A stretch of 64,000 nucleotides of DNA. It comes from Tricharina praecox (lineage: Eukaryota). The stretch spans positions 248,001 through 312,000 of the forward strand of contig NW_026250410.1 of the NCBI RefSeq assembly GCF_024521635.1, in the 5' to 3' direction. Under the pieces are notes generated by a model. That model searched no databases and had not been told where the DNA came from. It saw only the letters and a program-made list of their open reading frames with translations. Each line of letters begins with the position of its first letter. Positions within the stretch are counted from its first letter, which is position 1. A program made the position numbers and the translations under genes. Below are positions 37,381 to 48,672 of the stretch, in pieces.

Positions 37381-37995
37381 CGAGTACCCACACACATACT
37401 TGGATACTACTAATTGTAGTCTACTGGTACCTACTAGTCTCCATGGGCATGCGGCTGAATCTTGAAGTTGCTATTCGACTTCACTCACTCACTCACAAGG
37501 CTCTCGAAGAAGTGAGGTCGAGTTCACCATTCACGACGACGAGCAAGAACCGCGCCAGTACCAGCGCTAGTGATCACAACCCCTCACCCATCACCCGTCA
37601 CCTACCCATATGTACCTATCGCGCAGCTATGCTAGCTATGCTAGCTAGCTCCACCATCTGCACGCTGCAGCTAGAATACACGTACATACATACATACGAA
37701 GACGAAGATGACCGCTGCGCTGGCAGACGTGAGCTTAATGCAACCTATACCCGAGTAAAGGGCGAATAACTACTGAGCTCCGGACCGAGTAGATACGGTA
37801 GCTCGGCGACAATTCTTGTTGCTCTAGGTATCTACAGCACTTGAGTGCCCACCACCGCCTCCGTTTTCCACGCGGTCTCTACATAGGTACCTACCAAGGT
37901 ACCTTTTCCCAGCAGCTCAGCAGCCACTATAAGCTCCAAGCTCCAAGCTCTCTCCCCAGAGCTCAGAGCTTGCGCCACCTCCCCTCCGCAGATCT

Positions 37996-38150
37996 CCCAT
38001 AATCCCATAATCCCATAATCCCATAATCCCATAATCCCATAATCCCATAATCCAATAATCCCATAATCCAATAATCCCATAATCCCATAATCCCATAATC
38101 CCATAATCCCATAATCCCATAATCCCATAATCCCATAATCCCATAATCCA
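37996..38150. repeat. 9-bp minisatellite (CCCATAATC)n
   Basis: About 17 near-perfect units, with two CCAATAATC variants. Confidence 0.92.
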
Positions 38151-38964
38151 TTGCCCTTCGGAGTTCGGGCTTCACGTCTCTATTCAAGCTGGCTGCACTC
38201 CGGTTCACATCACTGCAGTCCCACGATACGGATATGAAACGCATCTGTAACCACTCCGGCCCCGCTCCCGTCCGCCTCGGGCCCCCTCATCCGCCCCATT
38301 CACGTCCGCACAATCCGGTCTTGTGGTAGCAGCGGTATAGTAGTAGTAGTAGTAACTCAATCGCCCGCCAAAGGCCAAAGTCCATAGTCCATATTCCACA
38401 GAATTAATAAGACAAAAAGATACATACATGCTGTGTCACAGCACCGCACCCGTATGATAGGTAGTAGAATCAAAAGTTCAACAGTTCAACAACGTCTCCA
38501 GCCCATTCCCAGATCCTAGCAGGGAGCGGGTGGTGGATCCGACCTTCCCCGCCCCGCAAAGCAAGCAAGCAAGCAAGGAAGCATGCAAATCATCCGCAAC
38601 CAACCTAACAACAAACAAACTAATAAACAAACAATAATATCGCACCATAGAAAAGCAATCGCACCGTATCCGTATCCGTCCGTACCATAGCACCGTATCA
38701 TCGCACGGTAGCGAACCGAAGGAAGGAAGGAAGAAAGAATACCCAAGAGCAAGAAAGCAAGACAGCCGCGAGAAGGAGGAGCAAGGAGGAGCAAGGGGCG
38801 GGGGAGCGATCAGGCCTCCTCCCCCTGCGCGCCGAGTCCGAACTGCGAGTTGTGAATGATAGGATTGCGGGTTTCCTTCCTTGAGACCGGCGAAGCTGCA
38901 GCCGCTGTCATTACCCGTTAGCCATCTGCTGTGCGGTGTAGCCTATCCCCCCTCCCCCTCCGCC

Positions 38965-39249
38965 CTAGGAGTAGTACTCACACAACCCCTTCTCTCTCAT
39001 CCCCTCGCCACTAACGCTCCCCCGCTGCCGCCTCGGACTCCCGCCGCGAACGAGCTTTAGGAAGTCCTCGAGCACGTCCTGCGTGCTCCGCAGCGACGGC
39101 GACGGCGTGCGCGGTGATGGCGCCGCTGCCATCAGGATGCTGGGTATGCGCATCGGCCGCGGCGCGAATACGATCGGTGTCGGCGGCGGTGGGGGCGGCA
39201 TCGACGCGGCGTGAGCGGTGGGGACGGGGGAGGCCGGCGGGGAAGTCAT
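38965..39249 (-). CDS. Small Pro-rich hypothetical protein (94 aa)
   Basis: ATG after a CA-rich leader (AAGCAATG) and GC-rich codon usage. A short amphipathic segment QDVLEDFLKLVR is present. No family recognised. Confidence 0.4.
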   Translation of the reverse strand: MTSPPASPVPTAHAASMPPPPPPTPIVFAPRPMRIPSILMAAAPSPRTPSPSLRSTQDVLEDFLKLVRGGSPRRQRGSVSGEGMREKGLCEYYS

Positions 39250-40572
39250 TGCTTGGGTTGGCGGTTGTGGATTGAGTGGTTTGCGGTTTGGAGGGGGAGG
39301 GTGGCTGTGGTTGGGGTTGTGGTTGTAGTGGTGGTGGTGGTTGCGGGATTGTGGCTGGTTGTGGAGTTGGTGGTGGTGGAGTTGATGGAGTTGGTGGAGT
39401 TGGTGGTAAAGTTGGTGGTGGTCGAGTTTGGCGGTGGATTGGGTTCAGGATGGTTGAGAACGGGGATGCACGGTAGTTAAAGAGGATGGCGCTGGGGGGA
39501 GGCACAGGCGATTGGCCGCCCGATTTGTGAGCTCCATCCCTGGCACTACCTGGATTGCCTAGAGTGGAGTAGCTGGGCGCAGCAGCACGTGAGCGCGCCA
39601 ACCAGCAGCCAACTCCACTCGGGCTGTGACACGTCCGTCGGAGGACTCCTTCCGTAGGGCGAGCAGATAGAGTACCTTAGGTACAGACATACACTTTATT
39701 CCGCAGATAGAGGACGCAGATAGACAGATGCCTAGTCTATCTATCCGGTCGAATATTGGGTTCTGATCCCGTTGCTACATACAGTAGAGTAACTACCGGC
39801 GGGCCTTAGGCAAGATGTAGGTCCTTCGTCGCGGCACAACCGAGTTCCATTCAATACCCGATCCGGGGCATACATGGTACCGTCCTTCTCCTGCGGCCTT
39901 CCATAGGGTTCCATCCATGCCCCACGACAAAGGTAATGCCGGTAACCACTCCTGCTCCAGAGTTCACACCCCGCGCCCCACAGTGCGACACCCCACACCC
40001 CGCCTCACTCAGCCCCGACGACAGGCTCGCTGCGCATGCCGGACCCGTACCAGAACCAGTACATGCTTCGGACATCACTCGGAGAAAAATACGATGTATG
40101 CATGTGTAGGATGAGGTAGGTACTCTTAGACCTACAGCGTCACTCGCCAACCACCTACCGGTACTACCTAGTAGCACCACGAAAACTACGCTCGAGTCTG
40201 GAGTCTTCTGCTCAAAACGGCCAACGCAGCCGGTGCGAAAAGGATTCTGTCCCCCCATAAGTACTAACCCGCCACCAAAAAAATCCCCCGCATCGCCGTT
40301 ATCGAGTGATTATGCATGACATCGCCCAACAAACAAAGGGGTCTTCCTTCTGGGATGTCCTAGAAACCCACGAACGAATGCCGGCTGGGCCATGCAGAGC
40401 AGGGCTGTATGTGCAGCAGAGTATGACCCTCAAAAGGAGCATGATTCCTGGTGCGGCATTCTTTCGTTCAGGACTTAGTACATATCATGGTCGGAGAAAG
40501 AAGAAGGAGGGAAGGGTAGTTAACTTGTAAGGCTAATTCGGTGGATTTATACCTCTTAGTATTGCACCCAGT

Positions 40573-40744
40573 GTTCTCCACAGTCCGGACGGGACGGACT
40601 GCCAAGACCCAGTCCCGTCCAGCGTCAGTGCCTTTTGGAGGACGGTATAAAAGTAGTCCATCCCGTCCGACCTTACTGGCGGACTACCTAGTCCGTCCAA
40701 CACACCCCCCCCAGACAGACGGACGGGATGTATGTAGTCCAGTG
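40573..40744 (+). repeat. GTCC-rich dispersed repeat, copy 1 (putative non-autonomous transposon end)
   Basis: TTCTCCACAGTCC..GCCAAGACCCA.TCCCGTCC..GGAGGACGG.ATAAAAGTA..TCCCGTCCGACCTTACTG..GGATGTATGTAGTCCAGTG is shared with 42670-42887. Confidence 0.75.
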
Positions 40745-41807
40745 TAACACTGGGGTGGTTCACAGTTGGCACGCTCACAGTAGCGGGCAAAGACAGTCTA
40801 CTGATCAGAAGAGAACAGCACCTGTACAATGGCGGTGAAGTAAACGTAGAGGCCCAACTGATTCGCACGGCGCCTTGTTCTTGGAAACAACAACTGAAAA
40901 GGGTTGATGATCGGATAATCACGAATAGGGAGAGAGAGTAAATCCAAGAGTAACAATGTTTGATTGTTATGGCTTAACTCCCAGTGATGGTAGTCGATGC
41001 CTTCTCTACGACGGAAAGCCGTCGGTCTTTATACCGACACGGCTCACCCCGCCTGATGTCTAACTATGAGCGCTCGGGAGAGTATTACCTCGGTAATACA
41101 CAAGAGTATCCTGTACGAGATGTGGACGATGGTTCTAGGCACTGGGTCTTCGGGTACCGAACCCTTGTCTATCTTCGATTTTGGTGTTTCCGAGCGGAAC
41201 TCGTATGCACCCTTGAGTTGGTCGGCGACTACAAACGACGGAGCCGCAGCCTATTGGCTTGATGACTTCCGTGTCCTTCCGGTGACTACTATCTCGCAGA
41301 TAGTATGCGTCTCCTTATTGTCTATGACGTGCCTCAAGTGCCGCAGCAATCGCAGTATGACTGCAGAAGTATGTATATGCAACTCGACAAGTTTTGATCC
41401 AAACTTCTCTAAAGTACTGACAGATGACAGGCTTCCCTTCATATACCCACCGGGTACGTTTCGCCTCGCCTGTCCGGCACGACCGTTCGAGGGTTATTTT
41501 GACCCCAAATAAAACTTTATTTGTATGGGAAACGGAAACTAGTATGCTTTTACCATGGCGGCCACGGAGGATAACCTTTGACAACCTGCACGTCTTGATG
41601 AGATTTTCAACAGGTTTTCCTAGGTAATTGAGCGCACTCCAAAACTCATCAATGAGTCCATAGCCACCCTCCACGAGGTTCTAGTGGCCATCTGTGAGGT
41701 TTGAATCTCGATCACAAGTTATCACTCGTCCCAAATCCACTGATTCTGGCTGAGTTCTTCCAATGACTGCCCATAGTAATGGTTGATGATGACCAACAGC
41801 GGTACTA

Positions 41808-42293
41808 ATGTATTCCCATATGCCTGAAGTACGTTTCAAGCTCGCTGGGTGTAACAAGCGGATGCAAATACCAAACGCCGGGATCACAATTTTCAGGAAG
41901 GGGACCGCAGTTAAGCTCGATTTGGGCACCGATCTTCCGATTCATCCAGTCTTTCACGTCTCACGCCTCCGGCATGACACTACTGACAGATCAAGACCAC
42001 AAGAGCACATCCCACTACTCCGGTTGAAGAAGGAGGGAGGCGGGGTCTGTGAGCTAAAATCGATTTTAGAGCATACAAACGCAGGTACCACCAAGAAGAA
42101 CGCTCGCTACTTGGTAGAATTGGATGACTACATTGGCGATACGGCTTGGTTAGAGTTGGATGGACTACGGAACGCACGGGAGTTGGTGGAAGAATATCAC
42201 GAAAAGCACGGGCTAGGTCCAGGCGATTGGGATGCGAAACGGAGGGCGCAGCAGGCAAAGGCGAAGAGGAAGAGGAAGGAATATTGGGGCTGA
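41808..42293 (+). mobile_element. Ty3/Gypsy (chromovirus) integrase C-terminus with chromodomain; retroelement relic
   Basis: AVKLDL...IHPVFHVSRLR (integrase tail) is followed by ELKSILEH..RYLVE..Y....WLE...L.NA.ELVEEYH (chromodomain). The upstream integrase core and RT are absent. Confidence 0.85.
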
Positions 42294-42367
42294 TTAGCGG
42301 GTGTTATTTTTCTTCACCACGGCGCTTGTTCTGAACAGGGAAGTGATTTGGGGTTCATATCTCGAGG

Positions 42368-42498
42368 TGTAGGGTTCATACCCTGGGGAGGGTAACCCGG
42401 GTCGAGTTGGGGCCGAGAAGTATATAAGGAACTCCTGTAGATAGATCTTCCTCTTCAGACAACACGTTTACACCTAACGACCACAATTGTCTCCTACA
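42368..42498 (+). mobile_element. Putative short 3' LTR of the chromovirus relic
   Basis: Begins TGTAGG and ends CCTACA (inverted termini), contains TATATAA, and lies about 75 bp after the integrase stop. Confidence 0.6.
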
Positions 42499-42669
42499 GT
42501 ATGTATGTGCAGTAGAATACGGTATAGCTCTCACAGGGAGTCCGATTTCTAGTCCCGCGCTCTTACGTTTGGGACATTTGTGAGCTAATGCAACTCAACC
42601 AGTCGTGAAGACAAGAAGGAGGAAGAAAATGTCAGGCCCGTCAGGTGAATAAGTATCGCACAGCCGGTA

Positions 42670-42940
42670 TTCTCCACAGTCCGTCCCGTCCGGACAGCCA
42701 AGACCCAATCCCGTCCGTCCGTACCTTTCGGAGGACGGGATAAAAGTACCCAGTCTGTCCCGTCCGCCGATTTTCTGCACGGGGTTGGAATTCAGTCGGC
42801 TGCAGTCCGTCCCGTCCGACCTTACTGTCGGATTACCCAGTTCGTCCAACAAACACCCCGGACAGACTGGATGTATGTAGTCCAGTGACCAGTCCCGTCC
42901 ATGGGTCCGGACGGACTGGACCGGACTGGATCGGACTATG
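42670..42940 (+). repeat. GTCC-rich dispersed repeat, copy 2 (longer, ending in GGAC repeats)
   Basis: Direct repeat of 40573-40744 with an extra internal segment of about 50 bp. It ends in GGACGGACTGGACCGGACTGG, complementary to the leading CAGTCCGTCC units. Confidence 0.75.
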
Positions 42941-43479
42941 TGGTATGAGAACTCTGAGATTCGCACCTACCTAGAGAGCGGTGCTCGCTGTACTTGGGTA
43001 TAATATTCAACGCAAGATCGCACTCCGCCGAGCTCCAGCCTACATACCTCATATATCCTCCGAGTAGCTAGAGGTCGCAGAGTGACAACCTGTGCCGCCG
43101 GATATGCAAGTCTTTCAAGTTTCACGTAGCCTCGAGCCCTGAAGCATGCCGATGGAACTAGCATTGCCGCGAAAGAGATGGCTATATATCCGAATTCCTT
43201 CTATTAGGATGCAGGATAAGCAGACGGATCCACTCATCTGACAGATGATCGTGATCAAGGTGGACAATACAATGCAATACATTTGTGTTGCGGGGTATAT
43301 ACATGGGTGAACTACCTAGGCTTGCTATGTACGGGATAATCAACCATCTATCATCTAGGCGATAAACAGGAGCACCAGTTAATCGGTGACTTAAAGATGG
43401 ATGGGACCCGTGTAAGCCATAAGCCACAAGATCATTTCGTTCGGTACTCACTCGGAAATCCGAGTCCCACACAGAACAG

Positions 43480-45561
43480 CTACGCGACCCCCCACCAGAC
43501 CTCCCTAACCTTCTTGCTAACGACGCAGCCAATCTTCCGTCTGCCGATAGTATTCTCACAGGCTTTGAAGACGAGCTCATCGCGCTGCCTATCGTCGTTA
43601 CAGCCTACAAACGCCTCGATCAGGGCGGCAGGGGTAGCAAACGACCTCTGTATCTCGAGGGCCTTTTCGGCGGAGATGCCACGGACGCACATCAGCATCT
43701 TCAGGAAGACGTCTCTGAGGGTGGTGCTGCCGTTTTTATTCACCAGGCTCGAGAACGTGTCGTAGGCGAGGTAGAAGCCCCTTTCCGGGTGGGTGTTCTT
43801 GAGGTGGGTGCGGAGGTGGGAGTAGGTGCGGCTCTCGACGAGTTCAGCGGGGATGATGTGCAGGTCCCTGCCGAGGTAGAGGTCTCGCAGTGTCTTTGTC
43901 ATGCGCGCGAGGTAGCGGATCGTGTCGTCGAGCTTGGCGGTGCGCTTCACAAAGAAGCCGTTAACCACCTGCGTGCTGGAGATGGCCGTCTCGATCGCCT
44001 CCGTCATGTGCGCGCCGTTGTCGCCGAGCGCGAACGCCTCGATGATGTAGATCACGTGCGGGATCCCGCTCTTGGTGAGCCGGAATTTCTGCTCGTGGAA
44101 CCGCCCGTCCTTGATGGAGCTGACTAGGTCGTCGAGTCGCTTGCGCTCGACGATGTAGTCGAGCACGAACTCGCGGTTGCCGGAGCGCGCGACCCAGAGT
44201 GCGTCGCCGACTTGGAGCGCCCGCGTGGTCGGTGTCACGCCGGCTGTGATGAGGTTGTTCTGGAGGTAATCGCGGTCCGTCTTGGAGCGTACTTCGCGGT
44301 TGTCCAGAATCAGCTCCACGGTGTACTCGCTAGAGCGTAGGACCGCGGGCTCGAATGGGGCGAACACGGGGGGCACCGAGGCGGAGCCAGCGGCAGTGCT
44401 GGAATGATTGCTAGCGGACGAGCTCGTACGCGCGAGTGCAACAACCGACGCAGCCATCGGTTGACCACCGCCAAGAGCAAGGCCCACCGGAGGAACTGGT
44501 CGGCCATTGAGGGTGCGCTGTCGCACCTCCTCCACTTCGCGGTCAATTGCTGCCAACTCGGCGGCTGTGCGCGCAGGGAGGTTGTTGCCGTATTCAGGAC
44601 TCGCCCCGCTATACATGAGCTGCAGCCTCCGTCTCTGCGCCTGTCTGTCTGCATTCTTCTCGACTGCGCTGCGGTTTTCCGGGCCTTCGGAATCCACGTT
44701 ATAGACACCGGGGTTGACGACCGACCCATCGAGTACCATATCCGAATTCAACACGTTGAGATTTCGCCGCGACAACCCTGCAGGACCCGGAACCGCACTG
44801 CCCCTCGGCAGAGCAGAGGCTTCACGGGGAGGGGGAGGAGGAGGCGGAGGAGGAAGAGGATCACCAGCTCCAAGACCCTCACCGCGCCTCCTCGCCTCCT
44901 GGATCCCCTCCGCCACCTTGGTGCCCGACTCCGTCAAAAAGTATCTCGGCGGATGTCCCTTGGAATAAACAAGATTCTTGTCAAACAATGCCTTCCTCGA
45001 CGACCACCCATTATAGAACGACTTCGTACTCTCTGGCGCCTCCATGCTCGTATCACAATACGGCTGCGCAGCGTCGACCAAGTGCTGCTTCAACATTCCG
45101 GGGGGTTTTTGACCGTTGGGCACCTCCTGTTCCGCCTCATACAGCGCGAGGAGGATCGCATACGGGCCGCTCCTGATCCGGGGCACATACGGCCTCTCAG
45201 TATCCGTATTCGTCTTCCTCCTCTTCGCCGTCCCCGTCCCCGTCCCCGTCCCCTGCTCCTCCCCCAGCTGCTGCTCCCCTCCCTCCCCTCTCTCCCCCAC
45301 ACCCCTTCTCTTCCCCCTAACAGGCACGGCCATCCCATTCTCAGCACAATAAACCTCATACGCGCGCGTGAGCTTGTCGACGATGGCAGGGCCGATGCCG
45401 TTCAACTGCTGCGCCTCGGAGGGGTGCGAGAACGCGATCGGACACGACGCCATGCTGTCGTGTGCGCGCTTTAGGGTCCCCGCTTTTTTGTGCCCTTGCT
45501 CGCGCGCTTCGTCCCACCATTCCTGCAGGAAGGTTAGGAGGATGGGGTTGCCACAGGGCAT
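43480..45561 (-). CDS. MUS81: Crossover junction endonuclease Mus81 (693 aa, single exon)
   Basis: N-terminal HhH (L.GIGP.IV.KL), winged-helix region YVPRIRSGPYAILLAL, ERCC4 nuclease domain (ILDNRE..GDALW..IVERKRLDDL..SIKDGRFHEQKFRL) and C-terminal HhH (MLMCVRGIS.EKA..RKIG). Confidence 0.95.
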   Translation of the reverse strand: MPCGNPILLTFLQEWWDEAREQGHKKAGTLKRAHDSMASCPIAFSHPSEAQQLNGIGPAIVDKLTRAYEVYCAENGMAVPVRGKRRGVGERGEGGEQQLGEEQGTGTGTGTAKRRKTNTDTERPYVPRIRSGPYAILLALYEAEQEVPNGQKPPGMLKQHLVDAAQPYCDTSMEAPESTKSFYNGWSSRKALFDKNLVYSKGHPPRYFLTESGTKVAEGIQEARRRGEGLGAGDPLPPPPPPPPPREASALPRGSAVPGPAGLSRRNLNVLNSDMVLDGSVVNPGVYNVDSEGPENRSAVEKNADRQAQRRRLQLMYSGASPEYGNNLPARTAAELAAIDREVEEVRQRTLNGRPVPPVGLALGGGQPMAASVVALARTSSSASNHSSTAAGSASVPPVFAPFEPAVLRSSEYTVELILDNREVRSKTDRDYLQNNLITAGVTPTTRALQVGDALWVARSGNREFVLDYIVERKRLDDLVSSIKDGRFHEQKFRLTKSGIPHVIYIIEAFALGDNGAHMTEAIETAISSTQVVNGFFVKRTAKLDDTIRYLARMTKTLRDLYLGRDLHIIPAELVESRTYSHLRTHLKNTHPERGFYLAYDTFSSLVNKNGSTTLRDVFLKMLMCVRGISAEKALEIQRSFATPAALIEAFVGCNDDRQRDELVFKACENTIGRRKIGCVVSKKVREVWWGVA

Positions 45562-47439
45562 GCTGTTGTGCTGTTGGGGGGGATGGGGGAGGGGGTGGAT
45601 GGAAGGGAGGGGGGCGAGGGGGTGAATGGGGGGTGAATGGGCGGTGGGGTTGTGTAGCTTTCAGTTGCGCTGTGCTGTGCTGTGGTTGTTGCCGCAGTGG
45701 AGAGTCCAGAGTCCAGAGTCCAGAGTCCAGAGTCCAGACTGGTGTGTGGGAAGACGTGTAGAGTTGCTACCCGCTAAGCAAGGGGTGGTGTGGCACGTGA
45801 CTTGGCGTAACCAGCCACTAACCAGTAATCCGATAAGATAAGATAAGATAAGATCCCAGCAGAGTACCATTCCATGTCGATCACAAGGCATCATTCACTC
45901 GTCATCCGGAGCAATACCATGGACAGGTATATTTAAAGGGGAGGAATACTGGGAACAAACGCTTTGGGTCCACCGTCCGGGGGGAGTACCTGTTGTTGTT
46001 GAGGCCTACTCGGGTACACTACTCTAGATTAGAGGAAGGCGAATATGACGACCGACCGACCAAAGACGAAAGACAAAGAAACGCCTCTTAACCAACTACC
46101 GGACCGGCTGACGGTATGTTTATACCGGTACGGCACACATCCTCTCGGGCGATCTCATTGTCACCCAGGGAAGGAAGTGCCCCCCGGAGAAGCGGAGGAG
46201 AAAGAAGAGAGAAGAAGAAGACGGAAAGTGACGCTTCCAAATGCGGTTCAATTCTTACGAAAAGGACGTCGATGTGAGCACTGAGGGGTGGATGGCGAAG
46301 GATGAGCGGCGTGAGCATTGGCGGCGTCCGTAGGAAGTACCTAGGACGACGGTCAGACCATTCCTCTCGGTGCTTTGATAATTTTCCCTGCTAGCAAACA
46401 GTAGGATAGAGTGGTGCCTGCCAAAGTATCCCGTGGTTTACCGTATTCGTACATACCGGGAGGCTTTCAAACGGTAAAAAAAATCATCCTCATCCCCCTC
46501 TCCGGCACGGCGCATACGATAAGTGAAGTGTCAAACGACCAGCTCGAAGTATCACTCGGCGCCCATTCATCCACGGAACCCCACGGGCGGATCGTAGGCT
46601 CCCGCGCAGTGGGACGTGTGTACAGCCATGATCTGATAAGGCCGAATGCTATGATGATTAAACAAAACAAAACAGCTTCCGCGCAGTGAGATATCCATCC
46701 AGAAAAAAGAAACGTACTTAGTCTATAGGCACATAAGATTAGTAGCCGGCCGTACAGGAGAAGGAATTCCACGGAACCTGGCGGAGGAGACGGTGCATGT
46801 GGGAGCTGCTGGATGCATCGTTAACCCAACCCAACCCAACCCGAATGGATGGATGGACACCAGCACTGCTCACAACCCATCGTTTCCAATACAACCATCC
46901 GGTCTTCCAGTACTAGGTATAGCTGTTCATGCGACGAACGTACTGAGAACTGTGACGGACAGCCTTCATAGCGGTCACACTAGATGTGTGTGTGGATATG
47001 GATGTGGATGTGCGTGTGGATTCCTGGATGTGTGCTGTTGGGTTAAGGCCAACGATTGGGATTACACCCTTCCGTATTGTCCGTTGTAGTGAAATTACTG
47101 TGTCAAGACTCGTCTGGACTCTGCAACTTGTTCCCGACATCCTTCGATGGAAGCTGTAGCATGTAGGACGACTGAAAAGGTTGATAATATCAAAAACCAG
47201 TACCGTAGTACGACCGAAAACGCAGGTCGATTGCTTATATCGCCTCACTCACTCACCAGCCATCCAGCCAGCGCAGCACAACAGCGAAAATCTTGTCCTA
47301 ACGCCATACACCAATCTATTCAGCTCCCATTCCATGCTATGTATGTATGAAGTATGAAGTATGTAGAAGTAGATGTGGTGGCAATAACAAGAAGATTGAA
47401 AGTTACATCCACTCCGTTCTCCCTTTATATAAAGTACTA

Positions 47440-48065
47440 GGTCAAAGGTTATCGCCAGGGGGCCGTTTTACACCAAAAATGGCCACTTTCACACCACTAA
47501 AACTCATCCTTCGCCTGACGGAAAAATATCGTCTTTCACAGACGCCGTAAAATCATAAGCCCTCTCATATATAAAAATTTTGACCGCTTTTAGTCAAGAT
47601 TGGTGGCTTTCAATGGGGGGTTTGTACATGACCTGAACAGTGATTTCGCATTTTGTATGGGGCTCCCATACAAAAAGTTGCATGACAACCAGCGTCAACC
47701 ATAAATTTTTCTCTTGGGCCGCATTGCTCAACCATAACTGCTTATATTTGCAAGCCAGTTTCTTATAAGATCACTTAAGCAGTTAAAAAGGACTTCCAAT
47801 TGCCCAATATTTTTTAAAGTATGTTTGGGATGCAGAATCTGTGGTTGAAAATTGATAGCCTTGAGACAATAGGACTTGGGTTAGCCGCATAACTTCACAT
47901 AAAATACTGATTTCCTTTGGCTAGAAGTTTTGTCGAAGCTGGATGTGTATCTAAACACCCTGTATGCAAACTTGTATTACTTTCTATTGTGTGGTTGTGG
48001 TGTTCGAGAGGTTTACATGTGTGGTGTGGTGGTCTCGTAGGGGCGAATGGCGATAACTTTTGATC
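47440..48065. mobile_element. AT-rich MITE (about 626 bp) with 18-bp terminal inverted repeats
   Basis: Left TIR GGTCAAAGGTTATCGCCA (47440-47457) and right TIR TGGCGATAACTTTTGATC (48048-48065) match at 16/18. There is an internal hairpin at 47651-47675, no coding capacity, and a second partial copy at 36891. Confidence 0.72.
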
Positions 48066-48357
48066 TGATTCTTTATATCCCCATCCCCGGGCGTCCCTCG
48101 TCCCCTATGCTGTACAAAATTCGACCCCGTGCCCCCTTAGGTAGACAAAAAAGTAACAAGAAAAGAACAGAAAAGAACAAGAAAAGATCCAAAACAGATG
48201 CGCGCCCGTTAAAGAAAAAAGCCAAAGTCAACCCCAGGTTATGTATGCTCGTGATGGTATGTGAAGATGTGATGTGATGTGATTTGGTGATGGTGGCAAT
48301 GTACAATGCGATTCGATCCGATTCGTTTCTTTCGTATAAATATGGTTCGTTTCGTGA

Positions 48358-48672
48358 CTAGGCGGCAGTCTTGCGAGACGAGTTTTCCCGCTTGCCGTGC
48401 TCGGGGCTCTGCGCGGACGCTGATGGGCGGAAGCTGATGTCCATCTGCTTGCGGGTGTGCTCGAACAGGATGCTGGGGGGAATGTTAGCTGGCTGGATGG
48501 ACTTGTGGATGCGCACGAGGGAAGAGGGAGGGAGAAGGGGGACTAACCGAGCGTACGACTGGATCGGGTCCGCGGAGGTGTCGTGGTGGCTCTGGTGGTG
48601 GCGCATGTAGGAGCTGTCGCTGCTGGACGAGGCGCCGTTGGTGTGCACGGAGGTGGTCATGGTGGAAGACAT
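48358..48672 (-). CDS. Small Ser-rich hypothetical protein (about 79 aa, 2 exons)
   Basis: Exons 48672-48548 and 48472-48358 with a GTTAGT..GCTAAC..CAG intron. The spliced product contains PIQSYARILFEHTRKQM, and codons are strongly GC3-biased. Confidence 0.7.
   Translation of the reverse strand: MSSTMTTSVHTNGASSSSDSSYMRHHQSHHDTSADPIQSYARLVPLLPPSSLVRIHKSIQPANIPPSILFEHTRKQMDISFRPSASAQSPEHGKRENSSRKTAA

Noticed and set aside
37832..38244. MGLWDYGI-repeat ORFs; CRISPR-like or telomeric array
   Set aside because: This is a pure 9-bp tandem repeat without spacers, in a eukaryotic context, and not TTAGGG.
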